Source of the DNA: Octopus vulgaris
Lineage: Eukaryota
Assembly: GCA_951406725.2 (NCBI GenBank)
Contig: OX597816.1
Location: 124,992,001-125,056,000 of the forward strand
DNA length: 64,000 nucleotides
Direction: 5' to 3'
Below are positions 12,761-25,350 of the stretch, piece by piece (position 1 is the stretch's first letter; each line of letters begins with the position of its first letter). A model generated the notes under the pieces. The model did no database searches and was not told the DNA's origin. It saw nothing but the letters and a program-made list of their open reading frames with translations. A program made the translations under genes and the position numbers.

Positions 12761-13078
12761 AATTCACACTCTACAAAAATACCACCATACATATTTTACA
12801 CAATCGACACCCAATATCACGAAATTTTATTACGCCTTATGCAACACACAAGAAACGTCATCATTATGCAACAACACAGAAACTCACTGAGAAATAAGAA
12901 AATTAACAAACTATTAAAATAAAGCTATAAAACACAAAATAAAATCTATTCTTTATAGATACAAGAGCGCACATCTGCGCGTATTGGTTATTGAATTTTG
13001 ATTTGGTTTTGATATTTTACTCTACGCTACATAATATGTATGCAGTTCATAACAGAACCACTACCAGAGCATCTAATA

Positions 13079-14261
13079 TTAGGTCATCCCACAAGTTCTG
13101 TCCGATTCTACCTTTTTTAAAATCGAATGAAATTTAATAGTGTTTTAGAATGTCTAATGGAATTTAAAATTATTTGTATGCATTTGTGTACGTTTAAAGT
13201 AATTAAATATTATTTTACAGAATAATAGAATTAAAATGTCTGTGATTCAAACCCTTTCTAACATGGAAGTATCCAAAGAGCATTTGAGGCACATAATGCT
13301 TTATGAGTACAAAAAAGGAAATTCTGCAGCCGAAGCGATTCGAAACATACACTACGTTTATGAGAAAGAATGCTTGAATGAAAGAACTTGCAGAAGATGA
13401 TTTACAAAATTCAGAAGTGGAGATTTCAACCTTGAAGATGATGATAAGCTCCTTGAGGCATTACTTGAAGAAAATCCTGCATTATCAGTTGAAGAATTGA
13501 CAATAAAGCTTAGTTCAAACCATACAACTGTTCATCGTCATCTTCAACAACATCGAAAGGTTCCTAAACTTGGAAAATAGGTGCCTCATGAATTGTCCGA
13601 AAGCAACCGCAAATCCTGAGTTAAGATATGCGCTTCTCTCCATTCTCGCGAACTCATTTCACCCTTTTTGGACAGACTTGTGACTGGTGACGAAAACTGG
13701 ATCTTCTATCGAAATGTAGTGGGAAAAAGGTTCTTCTCTCTATCTGGTGGGATTGTAAAGGAGTAATTCATTTTGAATTGTTACCACCTAATGCAACAAT
13801 AAATGCTTAAGTCTACTGTCAGCAATTAGAGCGTTTAAACCAAGCTTCGAAGAAAAAAACCCGCTTTAGTGAATCGAAAAGGAATGATGTTTCATCAAAA
13901 CAATGCGCTACCCACACGGCAAAGATCACATCACAGAAGATCGAAGAGCTTGGTTGGGAAAATCCCACATCCACCTTATTCTCCCGACCTTGCCCTTTAG
14001 ACTACCATTTGTTCGTAGTTTACAGAATCATTTGTGGGACATAACTTTCGTAAGCCAGGAGGAGATCGAAACTGACATTTTAGAGTTCTTCACTTTGAAA
14101 GCAAAAGAGTTTTACATTGAAAGGATTAAAAAGCTTGTAAATAGATGTAAGTCATAGATAATCAGGGAAAGTAAATTGATAATTAAATTTCAATTAAATA
14201 TAACATTTGATCACTTGTTTTCTTTATTCACAATTCGGAGAGAACTTATGGGATGACCTGA
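13079..14261 (+). mobile_element. Mariner (DD34D) transposon, complete ends
   Basis: 27-bp TIRs ttaggtcatcccacaagttctgtccga / tcggagagaacttatgggatgacctga, with TA TSDs at 13077-13078 and 14262-14263. Confidence 0.95.
13263..14186 (+). pseudogene. Mariner transposase pseudogene
   Basis: MEVSKEHLRHIMLYEYKKGNSAAEA..., GK*VPHEL (WVPHEL), VTGDENWI, PPYSPDLA..DYHLF, with stops, frameshifts and internal deletions. Confidence 0.92.
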
Positions 14262-14329
14262 TATTTTATGGGGTATTTTTATTTTTTAATCAAATTCTAG
14301 TTATTATTATATCCAGATATTTATGTTGC

Positions 14330-14528
14330 GAACGGACAGAATCGTTAGAAGACAAGATAAAATGTTTAGTGTCATTTCGTCCGCCTTTATGTTCTGGGCT
14401 CAAACTCTCCCGAAGTCGATTTTACCTTTCGAGATCAATAAGAAGTTCTAGTTGAGCACTGGGGTTGATCTAATTAAAAGGCCTCCTTCCTTAAACGATC
14501 AAGCCTTGTGCCTATAGTAGAAAGGACT
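14330..14528 (+). mobile_element. SINE family B (Nin/Deu-like core), degenerate
   Basis: cagaatcgttag...catttcgtcc...gttctgggctcaaa...gtcgattttaccttt...gccttgtgcct matches the reverse complement of the copies at 24553, 36832 and 44060. Confidence 0.7.
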
Positions 14529-14715
14529 AATTTCAGATATTTACATTAAGGTATTTTGCATCACGTTTAGAGATACACGGTCGTTTGGAGAGAAAATGCA
14601 TAATCAAATGGTCTATTTATCTCGGTGTTCCCGGGAGCTATAACCTGTCAAGAAGGTTCTCTCTCTCTCACCCTATCTCTCCTACTCTCACTCCTCTCTT
14701 TCTCTCTGTATATAT

Positions 14716-14750
<35 letters not shown>

Positions 14751-15161
14751 AGAAATGGAAACAAAGTAATAAGTTGAATAATTAAATAATTTAATCATTA
14801 GATGATAAATTCAATTCAAGTTTATCCTTCTTAAGCAACCAAATGACAAATCAAGTTACAACTCTTTCTACATCATTAAAAAATAGGTTGTTTTCTATGA
14901 TTAACAAATTAACGTTTTAAAATATAATGAGGTTTCAGCAGATGGACATATCTTCTTAAATATTTTACTGAAATAACAATTGAATATTATCATAATAGTA
15001 AATGTTTTTAAAACACGCTTTTTTAAGAGCGAGCAAAATCACAAATAAACTAACAGGAATTTCATAATTTTTTAAATTCAGATCTATTAGTATCTAGTTC
15101 TATAACCGATATTGTTACATAATACACACATTCATACACAAGTATTTATATATATGCACAA

Positions 15162-15206
<45 letters not shown>

Positions 15207-15666
15207 CATACATACATACATACATACACACATATATATATGTGTGTGTGTGCGTGTGTGTATACAGACGTTTATGTATTTATTTCCATATATACTTACA
15301 CCGTGCACACACACACAATTCCATATATACATCTATAAATATATCTGGTAACAACTTAATTTATATATTAATCAAAATCTAAAAAGAAGAAATTTTTTCG
15401 ATATCATTATAAGGTACGATACAGAGGAGATAACTATTTTTCTATTTATCGGAACAAAAACGAAAAACCAAACGCACTCAACGCGAAAAACGAGCTAAAA
15501 ACACAATACAACTAAAATAGATAAATACAAACGAAATCTCCTAAATACGAAACGTGAGGTACAAACACTAAATCAAATAAGTTGAATGCGCTATATCTTC
15601 ATGTATATTATAGTGTACATTCACTTATGTTCATAAACATATATATACCTATACTCATACATATAT

Positions 15667-15707
<41 letters not shown>

Positions 15708-15929
15708 CATGCATACATATATGTATATTCATATATATACATGGGTTAACGTACATACATATATATTTTATATATATGTCAATGTGTATATATTTATACA
15801 TTCTCACATACATACATGTAAAATCATATATATATTTGAATGGATTGACATATTCTAAATTATCATCAGTCGATTTTCTGCCAGTATTTTATAATACTGC
15901 TATAATTTACACTGTACACAAACGAACTG

Positions 15930-16023
15930 TCTTCTTCTTCTTCTTCTTCTTCTTCTTCTTCTTCTTCTTCTTCTTCTTCTTCTTCTTCTTCTTCTTCTTC
16001 TTCTTCTTCTTCTTCTTCTTCTT

Positions 16024-16090
<67 letters not shown>

Positions 16091-16125
16091 TGCTTCTTTT
16101 TCTTCTTCTTATTATTATTATTATC
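15930..16125. repeat. (CTT)~41 followed by (ATT)n
   Basis: Directly visible. Confidence 0.97.
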
Positions 16126-16557
16126 AATATTGTTTTCATTACCATCTTTCAATCCTGTTTCTATTTCTTGCCGAGTGTCTTTTTGACACATAGGGCAGAG
16201 AAATGCACTGTATGCATTGGTAGGCCATTAAAATAAACACGACATATTGGTCATTTACAATGTCATGTGATAGAGAAAAGGACGAAAACAGAAAGAAAAG
16301 GGAAAAATACAAAAGTAATCAAAGAAAATAAGTAAGAAAAATGGAAGGAAAATTCACAGCGACAATGCTCCTTTCAATACGTGTGACGTACCTGTTAAGA
16401 CAAACTTTTACATTTCCTGCATGGATGGTAAAACAGGGATCATTCTTAAATAATTTTCAGTTCATTTTTTATCATTCTACGCGCTCCTACAATCACTGGT
16501 ATTGTAACCGTCTTGAGATGCCGCATCTTTTCGATTTCATTTAGCAAATATATTTTT

Positions 16558-16810
16558 TGAGCTTATCAAATTCTTTTGCCAAGATATCATGTTCACAGTG
16601 TATGCTCATGTCAATCACTAAACAGACTTTATTGTTTTGGTCTTTCATAACACTATCTGGTTTATTTGCTTTCATGGTCCGAACAGTACATAATGGGAAG
16701 TTCCAAATAATAGAATAATAGTAACATTTTCTCCCTCAGTTACAGCCCCAGGGTGGTGCTTGTACCATTTGTCAGCAGTTTTGATTTTATAATGCCGACA
16801 CATTATCTTT
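16558..16810 (-). mobile_element. R4/Dong-type LINE fragment (restriction-like endonuclease)
   Basis: Minus strand reads KWYKHHPGAVTEGENVTI..WNFP...KANKPDSVMKD..KVCLVIDMSI. Confidence 0.75.
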
Positions 16811-16819
16811 TGTGAAAGT

Positions 16820-17635
16820 TACCAGCATGTTGCGGAAACATATCCTCGTTTCAAACGAATATTTCCTCAGCCGCCTATCGTAGCATTTAGACGGAATAAA
16901 AATATAACAGAAGTATTGACCTCTGTTTCTGACTCCATAAAAACTAACACTGGAGTATTTGCACGCCGTACCACGCCGTACGCAAAGGCAGTAAGACCTG
17001 TTCCTTGTGTAACAACATATGTCAAGTGAATTCCATCAGGAATCAGGACAGACATATTAGGATTTATAAAGAAGGTGAGACATGAAGAGATTCCCATTTG
17101 GGGGCACAGATATGACGTCGGGCAAAATAACAGTAGTTCGACAAAACTTGCCGAACATTTTGCTTCAAACGACTGCAATTTTGAAAAACTTGAAAGTGCA
17201 TATTCTGAATCTGCTTCACTCTCAATACTTAAAATGCATGAGGAAAAATATGTTTACGGGTTATTAACACGACACCTTGGAGGAATGAAAAAATGACAGG
17301 AGAATATCATCAAGCTTACACAAAACTGTTTGGTTAAATATTTTTCTTTCCTTTTCTTTTTTACCACATTTTCCCCTTTCTTTCTGTTCGCCAGTTATAA
17401 AATTAAAACTTAACGACTGATGGTGTAATTTCATCAACGAGTGGACTCTAGTTGCTCTCGTTCGTACTTTAGATTTGGATTTCTGTAATTTTGAAATCTT
17501 ATTACATTGTATTTTGAAGTCGACAAAGACAGGCTTGCTGTCCAAATATTGTTGAACCAATAAAATATCTATTGCAATCGCATTGCGCTCTTCGTCTTGT
17601 CTGTTTACCTTTGGGAAGAGTTACATCAATCCGTT
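16820..17635 (+). mobile_element. Penelope-like element 3' fragment with GIY-YIG remnant and 3' repeat region
   Basis: RIFPQPPIVAFRRNKNITEVL, CSLC, GET, GHRYD...LAEHF, LLTRHLGGM. Degenerate hammerhead at ~17515-17556. Confidence 0.75.
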
Positions 17636-17665
17636 TAAAATATTATTATTATTATTATTATTATT

Positions 17666-18067
17666 CTATGTTTGACTTTTGCTTTATATTTGTACAAGTT
17701 GGCTCCAAGTCTCACCCAGTGACCTCAAGAGACAACAGGTTGGAAGTTCATGTTGTTGTTATGCCCTTTTGCTATCATTCCCAGGGCACCTATGACAACA
17801 GGTATTGTTTTAGTCTTCAGGTTCCACATTTTTCTGATTTCTATTTCAAGATCTTTATATTTGCTCAGTTTTTGGTAGGTCTTGACAGATACGTTTATAT
17901 CGATTGGGACAGTCATATCAATGAGGAGGCATGTTCTTTGTTTGAAGTCTTTCAATATGATGTCTGGCCTATTTGCATCTATCTTTCTGTCAGTTTGAAT
18001 GGTGAAGTTCCAGAGGAGTGAGATGTGGTCATTTTCAAGCACTGGGGGTGGTTTGTGTTCCCACCAG

Positions 18068-18070
<3 letters not shown>
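17666..18070 (-). mobile_element. 5'-truncated R4/Dong-type LINE 3' end embedded in (TAA)n
   Basis: WWEHKPPPVLEN..LLWNFTIQTDRKIDANRPDIILKD..CLLIDMTVP..KLSKYKDLEIEI..IPVVIGALG (REL domain). (TAA)n tracts on both sides (17641-17665, 18071-18106). Confidence 0.9.
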
Positions 18071-18156
<86 letters not shown>

Positions 18157-18447
18157 TAACCGCCACAAGTATTTTAACAGCACAACAGTTTTATGTGTTT
18201 TGGGGCTAGTTTCAAGTGCAGTTGCAAAATTTTTTCTTGTATCGTTTTCCTTCGATCGACGGTAAAACGTTCACGAAATTGTGAAGCACACACAAGATTT
18301 TAAAACTATTTGTATACCCACCATCGATTGAAGTGGCAGTAAAATAACGTATCCTGAAGCTCTAAGTAACATGTAACGCATCCCAACACGCACAGACGCC
18401 AAACTAAAAGTCTGATATTTAGTAAATACAAGTAAATAAGCTACCAC

Positions 18448-18756
18448 TCTTTCGGTTACGACGACGAGTGTTCCAGTTGATCTGATCAATGGAACAGTCT
18501 GCTTATGAAATTAACTTAGTGCAAGTGGCTGGGCACTCCACAAGCATATGTACCTTTAACGCAGTTCTCAAGGAGATTCAGCGTGACTTAGTAATTTACA
18601 AGATTAGCCCTTTGAATTGAAGGTAAACCCAATTTTGAAATAGAGCAACGTGAAATAAAGGATGTTTCTCAAGGACACAATGTACCGTCTGGAATCGAAC
18701 ACACGACGATACGATCATGAGCAAAATACTGTAACCACTAAGCTATGTTCCTTCAC
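18448..18756 (-). mobile_element. tRNA-derived SINE family C (CORE/Meta-like central motif)
   Basis: Minus strand: A box TAGCTTAGTGG, B box GTTCGATTCC, then GTGTCCTTGAGAAACA. Confidence 0.7.
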
Positions 18757-18799
18757 GTAAGGACATATATTTGAAGGTTGGCTCACAGTTTTAGATGTG

Positions 18800-19750
18800 T
18801 AGCCAGCAAACCGAACCGCTTGATACAGGTCAGGGACAGAAAAAAGAGAATAACCTAGGAAAGTATTGTTACAAGAAACACTGCCAGAAGCATTTCCTAT
18901 CTTTCATTACCTCCAGAAAAATGAAAAGTGGATTTGACTTTCACCCTCACGGACGATACAGTATACTGTTTGCTTGCTGCATCCACGCACATAAGCAATA
19001 TTGCAATATGCAAGAAGAGAGAATACAAGGGTCACAGACCAGTATATTGGTAGTTACGCTGAGATAGGCTCGTTGTCCTTTTGAAGTAAAATATAGACAA
19101 CTAGTAAGTGGAGAGGTGGGACTTACATTAACATGCAAGTGTTGATGATCAGCTGACATTGCAAGCATTGAATTGTACACCACAGGTTAGTACCTAAATA
19201 ACAAAGACGCTATTAGATTGGTAGCGCAGAGCAGATAGCCAATATTCTCTACATGTGTAAGATATGAGGACATTTTGCTCTGAAACATTGGAGATGAAGT
19301 TGGAGTAAAACTTTAGTGAAAGTAACACCCCTGATACAGTAGTTCCGAAAATACCAAATCAAACAGAATTTCGTTTTCAAAGATAGGTGCTGATGACCAG
19401 GACGATTTAGAGCCCGAATCATTTGCTCTAAACGATAATTCCGCTCTGATGGGTAACAAATACAACCTAAATTGAACGGCATACTGTCGTAGACAGTTTA
19501 AATGTGTTAAACAAAACTATAATGGAGAGGTGGATGGATGCAGGGAGCTAGACCGAAGACATGCATGGTAAACCAAGAGGAGGAAATTATTTACTAAGAA
19601 GCCATAACATTCACAACTTTTAGAAGGGAGAATGAAGATCTTGTATATCATCAAAATCACCTTAAGAAGTATTTGGTAAGATTAAGGAGTCCAACAATAA
19701 TACTTGTAAACTTCTCTGTTCGCATGTATTTCTAGTCCCCTAGATTAGAG
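18800..19750 (+). mobile_element. Possible ancient Gypsy pol remnant
   Basis: Scattered fragments FEVKYRQ, PDTVV, RSDG*, VDSL in the order expected for RNase H to integrase. Very degraded. Confidence 0.3.
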
Positions 19751-21239
19751 GAAACGTCAGCTAAATATGGTGAACTTTACCCTCCCATGTATGGGTAAAA
19801 TAACCTTTTTATTCGAATCATTGTTCATTTATGTGTGTATTGTTATCTATATTTACTGATACTTTTAATCTTATGGTATATATTGTTATGTTTAATAAAT
19901 GGGCTCTGGTGACAAATGAATTGAATAGGTTATTATGATTATGAAGCTAAGGGAAAAAACTCTTGTCGAACCCAATCGATATTCCTGTAACCTAAAGATA
20001 TGGCATAAAATAAGCTATTTGCACCAATTCACTCATAGTCCACAATTGTTCTCTCTCACTTGGGAACCTTTTTCTCTCTTCTAGAAATAGATGTCAACCA
20101 AACTTCTTGCATTATTCAGTAACGCACTCTCTCTCCTCGATGTTGCCTTAAGTGTTCACAAAATGCAAAATATCCTGCACTTAGGTTTGGATACAATTCT
20201 GTTTCTTCCTGGTAATGTCTTTACCCTCTGATTTTTTCATTTATTCATAGATTTTATTGAAATATATTCATATGTCTATAGTTTTAACTAAACGTTAATA
20301 AGTAAACAGCCTGAAGCTATACTCGCCAATTTTCTCTGTAATTTAGGAATAGAACTCAGTTTGCCAGTATTTTATTTCTTTTAATCTCATCAAATTTCTC
20401 AGGTGATATTGTTGAAAATAAAAGTTTCAAAATAAATTTTCCTCTAAGCAATTCATCTGCTCAAACCGAATACGCAAAATATTAGGTTCTCTGTTTCTAC
20501 ATTTTATGTAATGTTTGAAACATTTTAAAACAACAAGCCGATATTTTTTTCATTCAGGTTTGTACATTATTGAAATGCTGTACTGGAAGTAATAATGTAA
20601 AGTAAGTCTTAAGGTTAAAAATATTTCTGTCAATATCAGTTTTCAAATTATATATATATATATGTGTGTGTGTACATATATATATATATATATATAGTTA
20701 ATGCAATAATTCCGGATCGTTAAAGTGATTAATATTACAGTATACATTACACTATTCAAATTTAATCATATTACGATATGTATGAAAGTAATTTAATGTA
20801 ATTGTGTATAGCATATAGAAAACAGTTATCAATAAAGATATGGTAAAATAGAAAATATAAGGTCTTAACAAAATTGATATTGGAGTAATCTATGGCAATG
20901 TTGAATGATTTACATATAACTCATTGTGCGAGAGAGAATGGAAATGGAATTGAGCGTCCAATATACAAGCACGACTTAAACTGAATCTCGCTATAGAGGT
21001 AGGACAACACGATATATTGTCAATAAGTTAACTAATTTAGGAATTATGCGAATTTCCTCTTGGTGTTGTTGGAACACTTGTCCGACTGACCGACTTAAGT
21101 GATGCACACGCATTTCCCTATCACGTGCCGAAACAATGTGTGACCTAATTTGAGTTCTTTACGATACCATTGCATGCCATAACATTGTTATGTATTATGA
21201 TACCACTGTATATTACGTTATACATCCTTTTCGTTTATA

Positions 21240-21685
21240 GGAAATCAAAGGAATTTCACCATAGTTGAATTGTTGCTTTTTCGAAGACCAACGACACGGA
21301 AAATATAATAGCACGGATTTGGCAGTTGCAATGAGCAGCTTCATTTCGAGTTCCAGACCTTCTTTAGTTGGTGGCAAGGTGTCCATGCTTGTGCCTTCGT
21401 GATCATCCCGAAAGTTAGCGAGAATGTCAGGCAAAGACGGTTACAATTATCTGGTCCCAACGTGCGCCACCCTGATCTGAAAGGATCCAAATTAGTCTTG
21501 TAAAACCAACTTCATGGTGATGTAAGAAGAGGTAAATGTCCTCACACATCGACAACGTAATTCTAGAAGCCTACCTTGAATGCATCCAGGACCTCATGGC
21601 AGTGATGATGTACCGAGAAGAGTGGTTGTTGATTTTGTTGCTGCGGCCCGGGTTAGAACATATCCATAATAACAACAAATAATGC
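21240..21685 (+). mobile_element. RTE-like LINE 3' end remnant
   Basis: SKLVL*NQLHGDVRRGKCP..IDN...QDLMAVMMYREEW resembles the RTE C-terminus; AAT/AAC-rich tail follows. Confidence 0.5.
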
Positions 21686-21989
21686 TTAAGTTATAAATAT
21701 TACAGTATTAGTATCATCTTGATATGACACACATTTAGATAATGAAAAGAAAATAGCAAGCGATAAGCATCTTCAGACTAAATGGAAGAAAACAATATAT
21801 TTATTTTGCACCATGGTCTGACATTTACTTCCGGAAACAACGAACACACACCAACGTATTTGCTTGATTTGAACAACATTTTGACGCTTGACAATCATAA
21901 CATTGTGAAATGAGAAATGTTGCTACAAAGCAAGTTTTGTGCACGAATTAACCTGCACGGTCTCTGAAAGTCAATTGGAAGCATCGGAA

Positions 21990-22330
21990 GATTATGTACG
22001 AAAATTCGGAATTCCTGTTCTGCTTCAAAGAAAGGACGTAAAAACTTTCGCACACGACTTGAATCACAAATAATAAGAAAGCATATAACATTGGTGAAGA
22101 CTTTCTAGCAGCAGCGTTTGGAATGAATGAATGAAGTTTTTATCGGGTCATAAACCAGTTGACAAATTAAGAAAGATCTCAATGTTAAATCAAACCGCGG
22201 TAAGATGACTTTTGATAATTAACAATGACCAACTCAAGAAGAAGTTCAAAATTTGCTATTCAACTGAATGTATCGACTGATATTGCAATCAGGGCACATC
22301 TACTGCCATGTCAGATATAGTTGCAATAAA
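21990..22330 (+). pseudogene. hAT (Charlie-like) transposase remnant
   Basis: KKAYNIGEDFLAAA...VDKLRKISMLNQTAVR...KFAIQLNVSTDIAIRAHLL resembles KKPHTIGE...IPLSNNTV.RRI...FALQLDESTD..AQLL. Confidence 0.6.
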
Positions 22331-23316
22331 TGTGTTCATAGCGAGAACAAGAATAGACCTTAACACAATTTTTCTTAGTCTTATGGTAGATGTATTTATT
22401 ACTATCAGATATAGTTATGAAATCGGTTCTACCATTTTCTCTTCTACTTCTTTGCACAAAGCATTTTTAGGACTGACAAGAGTTAAAATAAAATATCTCT
22501 CAAATCTGAAACAGTCGCATGTGCCTTGAAACCACTTCAAACGTACACTGAGAGACAATTTAAGTTGTGAGAAAATATGCGATCACTTTAATTTCATTGA
22601 AATATTTTTGATTTATATTTTGTTGTTTATAATTTTAAAATATTTGCAATCTTTAGATGCTGCCCAAAATCATTTCTATACTATATCAGTCCCAGTTATC
22701 TTTACAGCAAAAACTGTAGGTGGTTTTGAAAGGGATATATTTGACTCGGAAGGGCAACAAATAGAAAGGGTTTGTGAAATCATGATATACAAGACATGTT
22801 TTCAAGGAATGAAGTGATTGAGAGATGCTGTAATAGAGAAAGAGGTGTAAACTGTTTCTTCGTTTTCTCACTGAACCTTATTTTCAACGCTCTAGGTATT
22901 AAAATCTACTTTCATGAAGACTATTTGCGCTTTCCTTCCCTCTCTCTCTACACCCTCTCTTTCTCTCTGTCTTTCTCTGTCTCTCTGTTGCTGCCGTCTC
23001 TCTCTTTATCTCTCTCTCTCAAATTAAATTTGCATGTGTGCATCTCTTCCTCTCTCTCAGGCTTATCTTCTCTCTTATTTTCGATCAGATTTTCTCTTTT
23101 TAATCTATGAACTGATCCCATTTTCTGCAGAGTGGAACAAGTGAATATATTACAAAGTGGTCGGATTTTATGACTGGAAATCGAAAATTTAAAGCATTGA
23201 TTACATTGTTAGCACATATATCAATATATATGTGATATATCCCACGTCGTGACTTCGTGGGATGAGGCTATTTGTTTTGTAATTGCGTAATAAAATGCAG
23301 ATAATCCCACAGACAC

Positions 23317-23378
<62 letters not shown>

Positions 23379-24262
23379 CATATATATTATATATATTATA
23401 TATATAAAACAGAGTTTGTATGTGTGTGTGTGTGTGTGTACGTATGTTCTTTATGCATTCCAAAAACCGAGTTGCCGATTTTGACGTTAGACCGATGACT
23501 GACAAGTACATGTGCGTGTCGGCGTATGTGTATGTCAGTATACATACATTTTTGTGACGACCGACACACACAGGGACAGAGATGGGTTTCAGCTGTACGT
23601 CAATGTGTGTGTTTGCCTTAGCTTACGTATGTAACTTTCTTCCGCCCAATAGTGAAACACGCAAAAGTTTATTTGCGTCTGGACTTTAAACAAACAACAG
23701 CATTCACTTTGAAGTACTACCAGCATGAAGATTTGACTGATTGAATACCACTCACAATATTCGCAAATATATCTGAAGAAAAAATTATTCTGGTTATTAT
23801 AACAAATTCGGTAGCTTGGCGAATTAGAAAGCCTCAACGGCTCTTTTGATATAATTACATAAATGTTATTCCACTTCTTCTAACCAGTTTCAGTCCTTGT
23901 ATTCTTCATTACTGTGAGTATCAACGTCGCACAATCTTTTTACTGCGTTAGTCAGTATTTATTCTACAGCCTATAAAGTTACACTGTTAAAAAATATGTA
24001 GTAATGTCAAATTAATTTATATCTTGCTACATACATCCTTCAGCAAATATTTTAAATTAACGTTACAACAGCATCCTCCTTTCTATACACTTGATTCAAC
24101 GCTCGTTTCAAAATTGTAAAATAAATTCTTTTTTGTATGAAAATTTGAATAATGCCATCTTAATTTTCTTGGACTTTCACTTTCTTCACCGTGATATTCA
24201 ATCGTGAATTTTATAACATTTAGTACATGTTCCAAATAAATGTTGACATTCTGTACTTTGTT

Positions 24263-24440
24263 ACATTGTTGACGCATAGTAACTTTTGCTAAATTGGGGA
24301 CTTTCCATCTTTTGTAGCATAACTATGTTACAGAAAGTATGTTTTGCACCTACATTGACTGCAATTAGTAACTTTTGTTAAATTGATGACTTTCCATTTT
24401 TTATAGCATAACTATGCTACAGAAAATATGTTTAACATAA
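24263..24440. repeat. 89-bp tandem duplication (2 copies plus partial)
   Basis: tagtaacttttg..aaattg..gactttccat..tagcataactatg..acagaaa.tatgttt starts at 24277 and 24366. Confidence 0.85.
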
Positions 24441-24552
24441 CTTTTGATAAAAAAGGGTTCCTTATGCACATTAAGATACGGTAATTACGTAAATAAAATA
24501 GCGACAGCAAAAATCAATAGCAATAATAATAATAATAACAATAATAATACTG

Positions 24553-24769
24553 GTTTTTCAAATTTTGGCACAAGGCCAGCAATTTCGGAGAGGGGGCACT
24601 AAGTCGATTACATCGACCTCAGTACTCAACTGATATTTACTTTTTCGTCTCCGAAAGGATGAAAGCCAAAGTCAACCTGAGAGAAATTTGGCTTCAGTAA
24701 AGCAAAGAAGGACGAAATGCAGCTAGGCATTTTGATCGGCGCGCTACCGATTCTGCCAGCTCTCTTCCT

Positions 24770-24770
<1 letters not shown>
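24553..24770 (-). mobile_element. SINE family B between (AAT)n and (TAG)n tracts
   Basis: Minus-strand head gagctggcagaatcggtagc and core ctttcatcctttcgg; homologous to 36832 and 44060. Confidence 0.8.
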
Positions 24771-24807
<37 letters not shown>

Positions 24808-24809
24808 AA

Positions 24810-25350
24810 GCGGGACAAATGACGTATTATATTTAGATTACCATGTTCTCCGTAAAATTAAAGGCAGAAAGGAAAACTTAGTAACTAAATTGATTGATTG
24901 CCAAAAGGCATGATACTCTGCCGCCCTAAAATACATCAAGATATACGGTATGGTTGAGAGCGTTGTCCAGTTCTTACAAAATAGTATGCCAAAATGTAGC
25001 TCTGTGCTAACATCAGGTGCAGATCAGTTACGCGAAATAAGCAAAGGAAGGGTTAAAACCCAAGGTGATACATTCTCACCGCTGTTATTCATAGTTGCTC
25101 TTGACTCTTTTTCATTGGCATTGAAACAGGCTAAATCATGCTACGAAAACAAATTACCTCCTGTTTAAAGGATGACTTAAACTTAATATACCGAAAATGA
25201 GATAGCCTTAGATTCTCGGTCCACACTTGTTAATGATGAAATTAGTTTTAAGTTAGGATTAGATGAATGTACCGTGCTAGTAATAACGAGAGAAAAATAT
25301 CCAAATAAGAAGGGATTAAACTCCTTGATGAAATATCAGTCAGAGTAATG
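24810..25350 (+). mobile_element. R4/Dong-type LINE RT fragment
   Basis: LIDCQKA, QGDTFSPLLFIVAL, LLFKDDL, LGLDECTVL. Confidence 0.75.

Noticed and set aside
15776-16191. Poly-Phe/Lys/Arg ORFs
   Set aside because: Artefacts of the (CTT)n/(ATT)n microsatellite.
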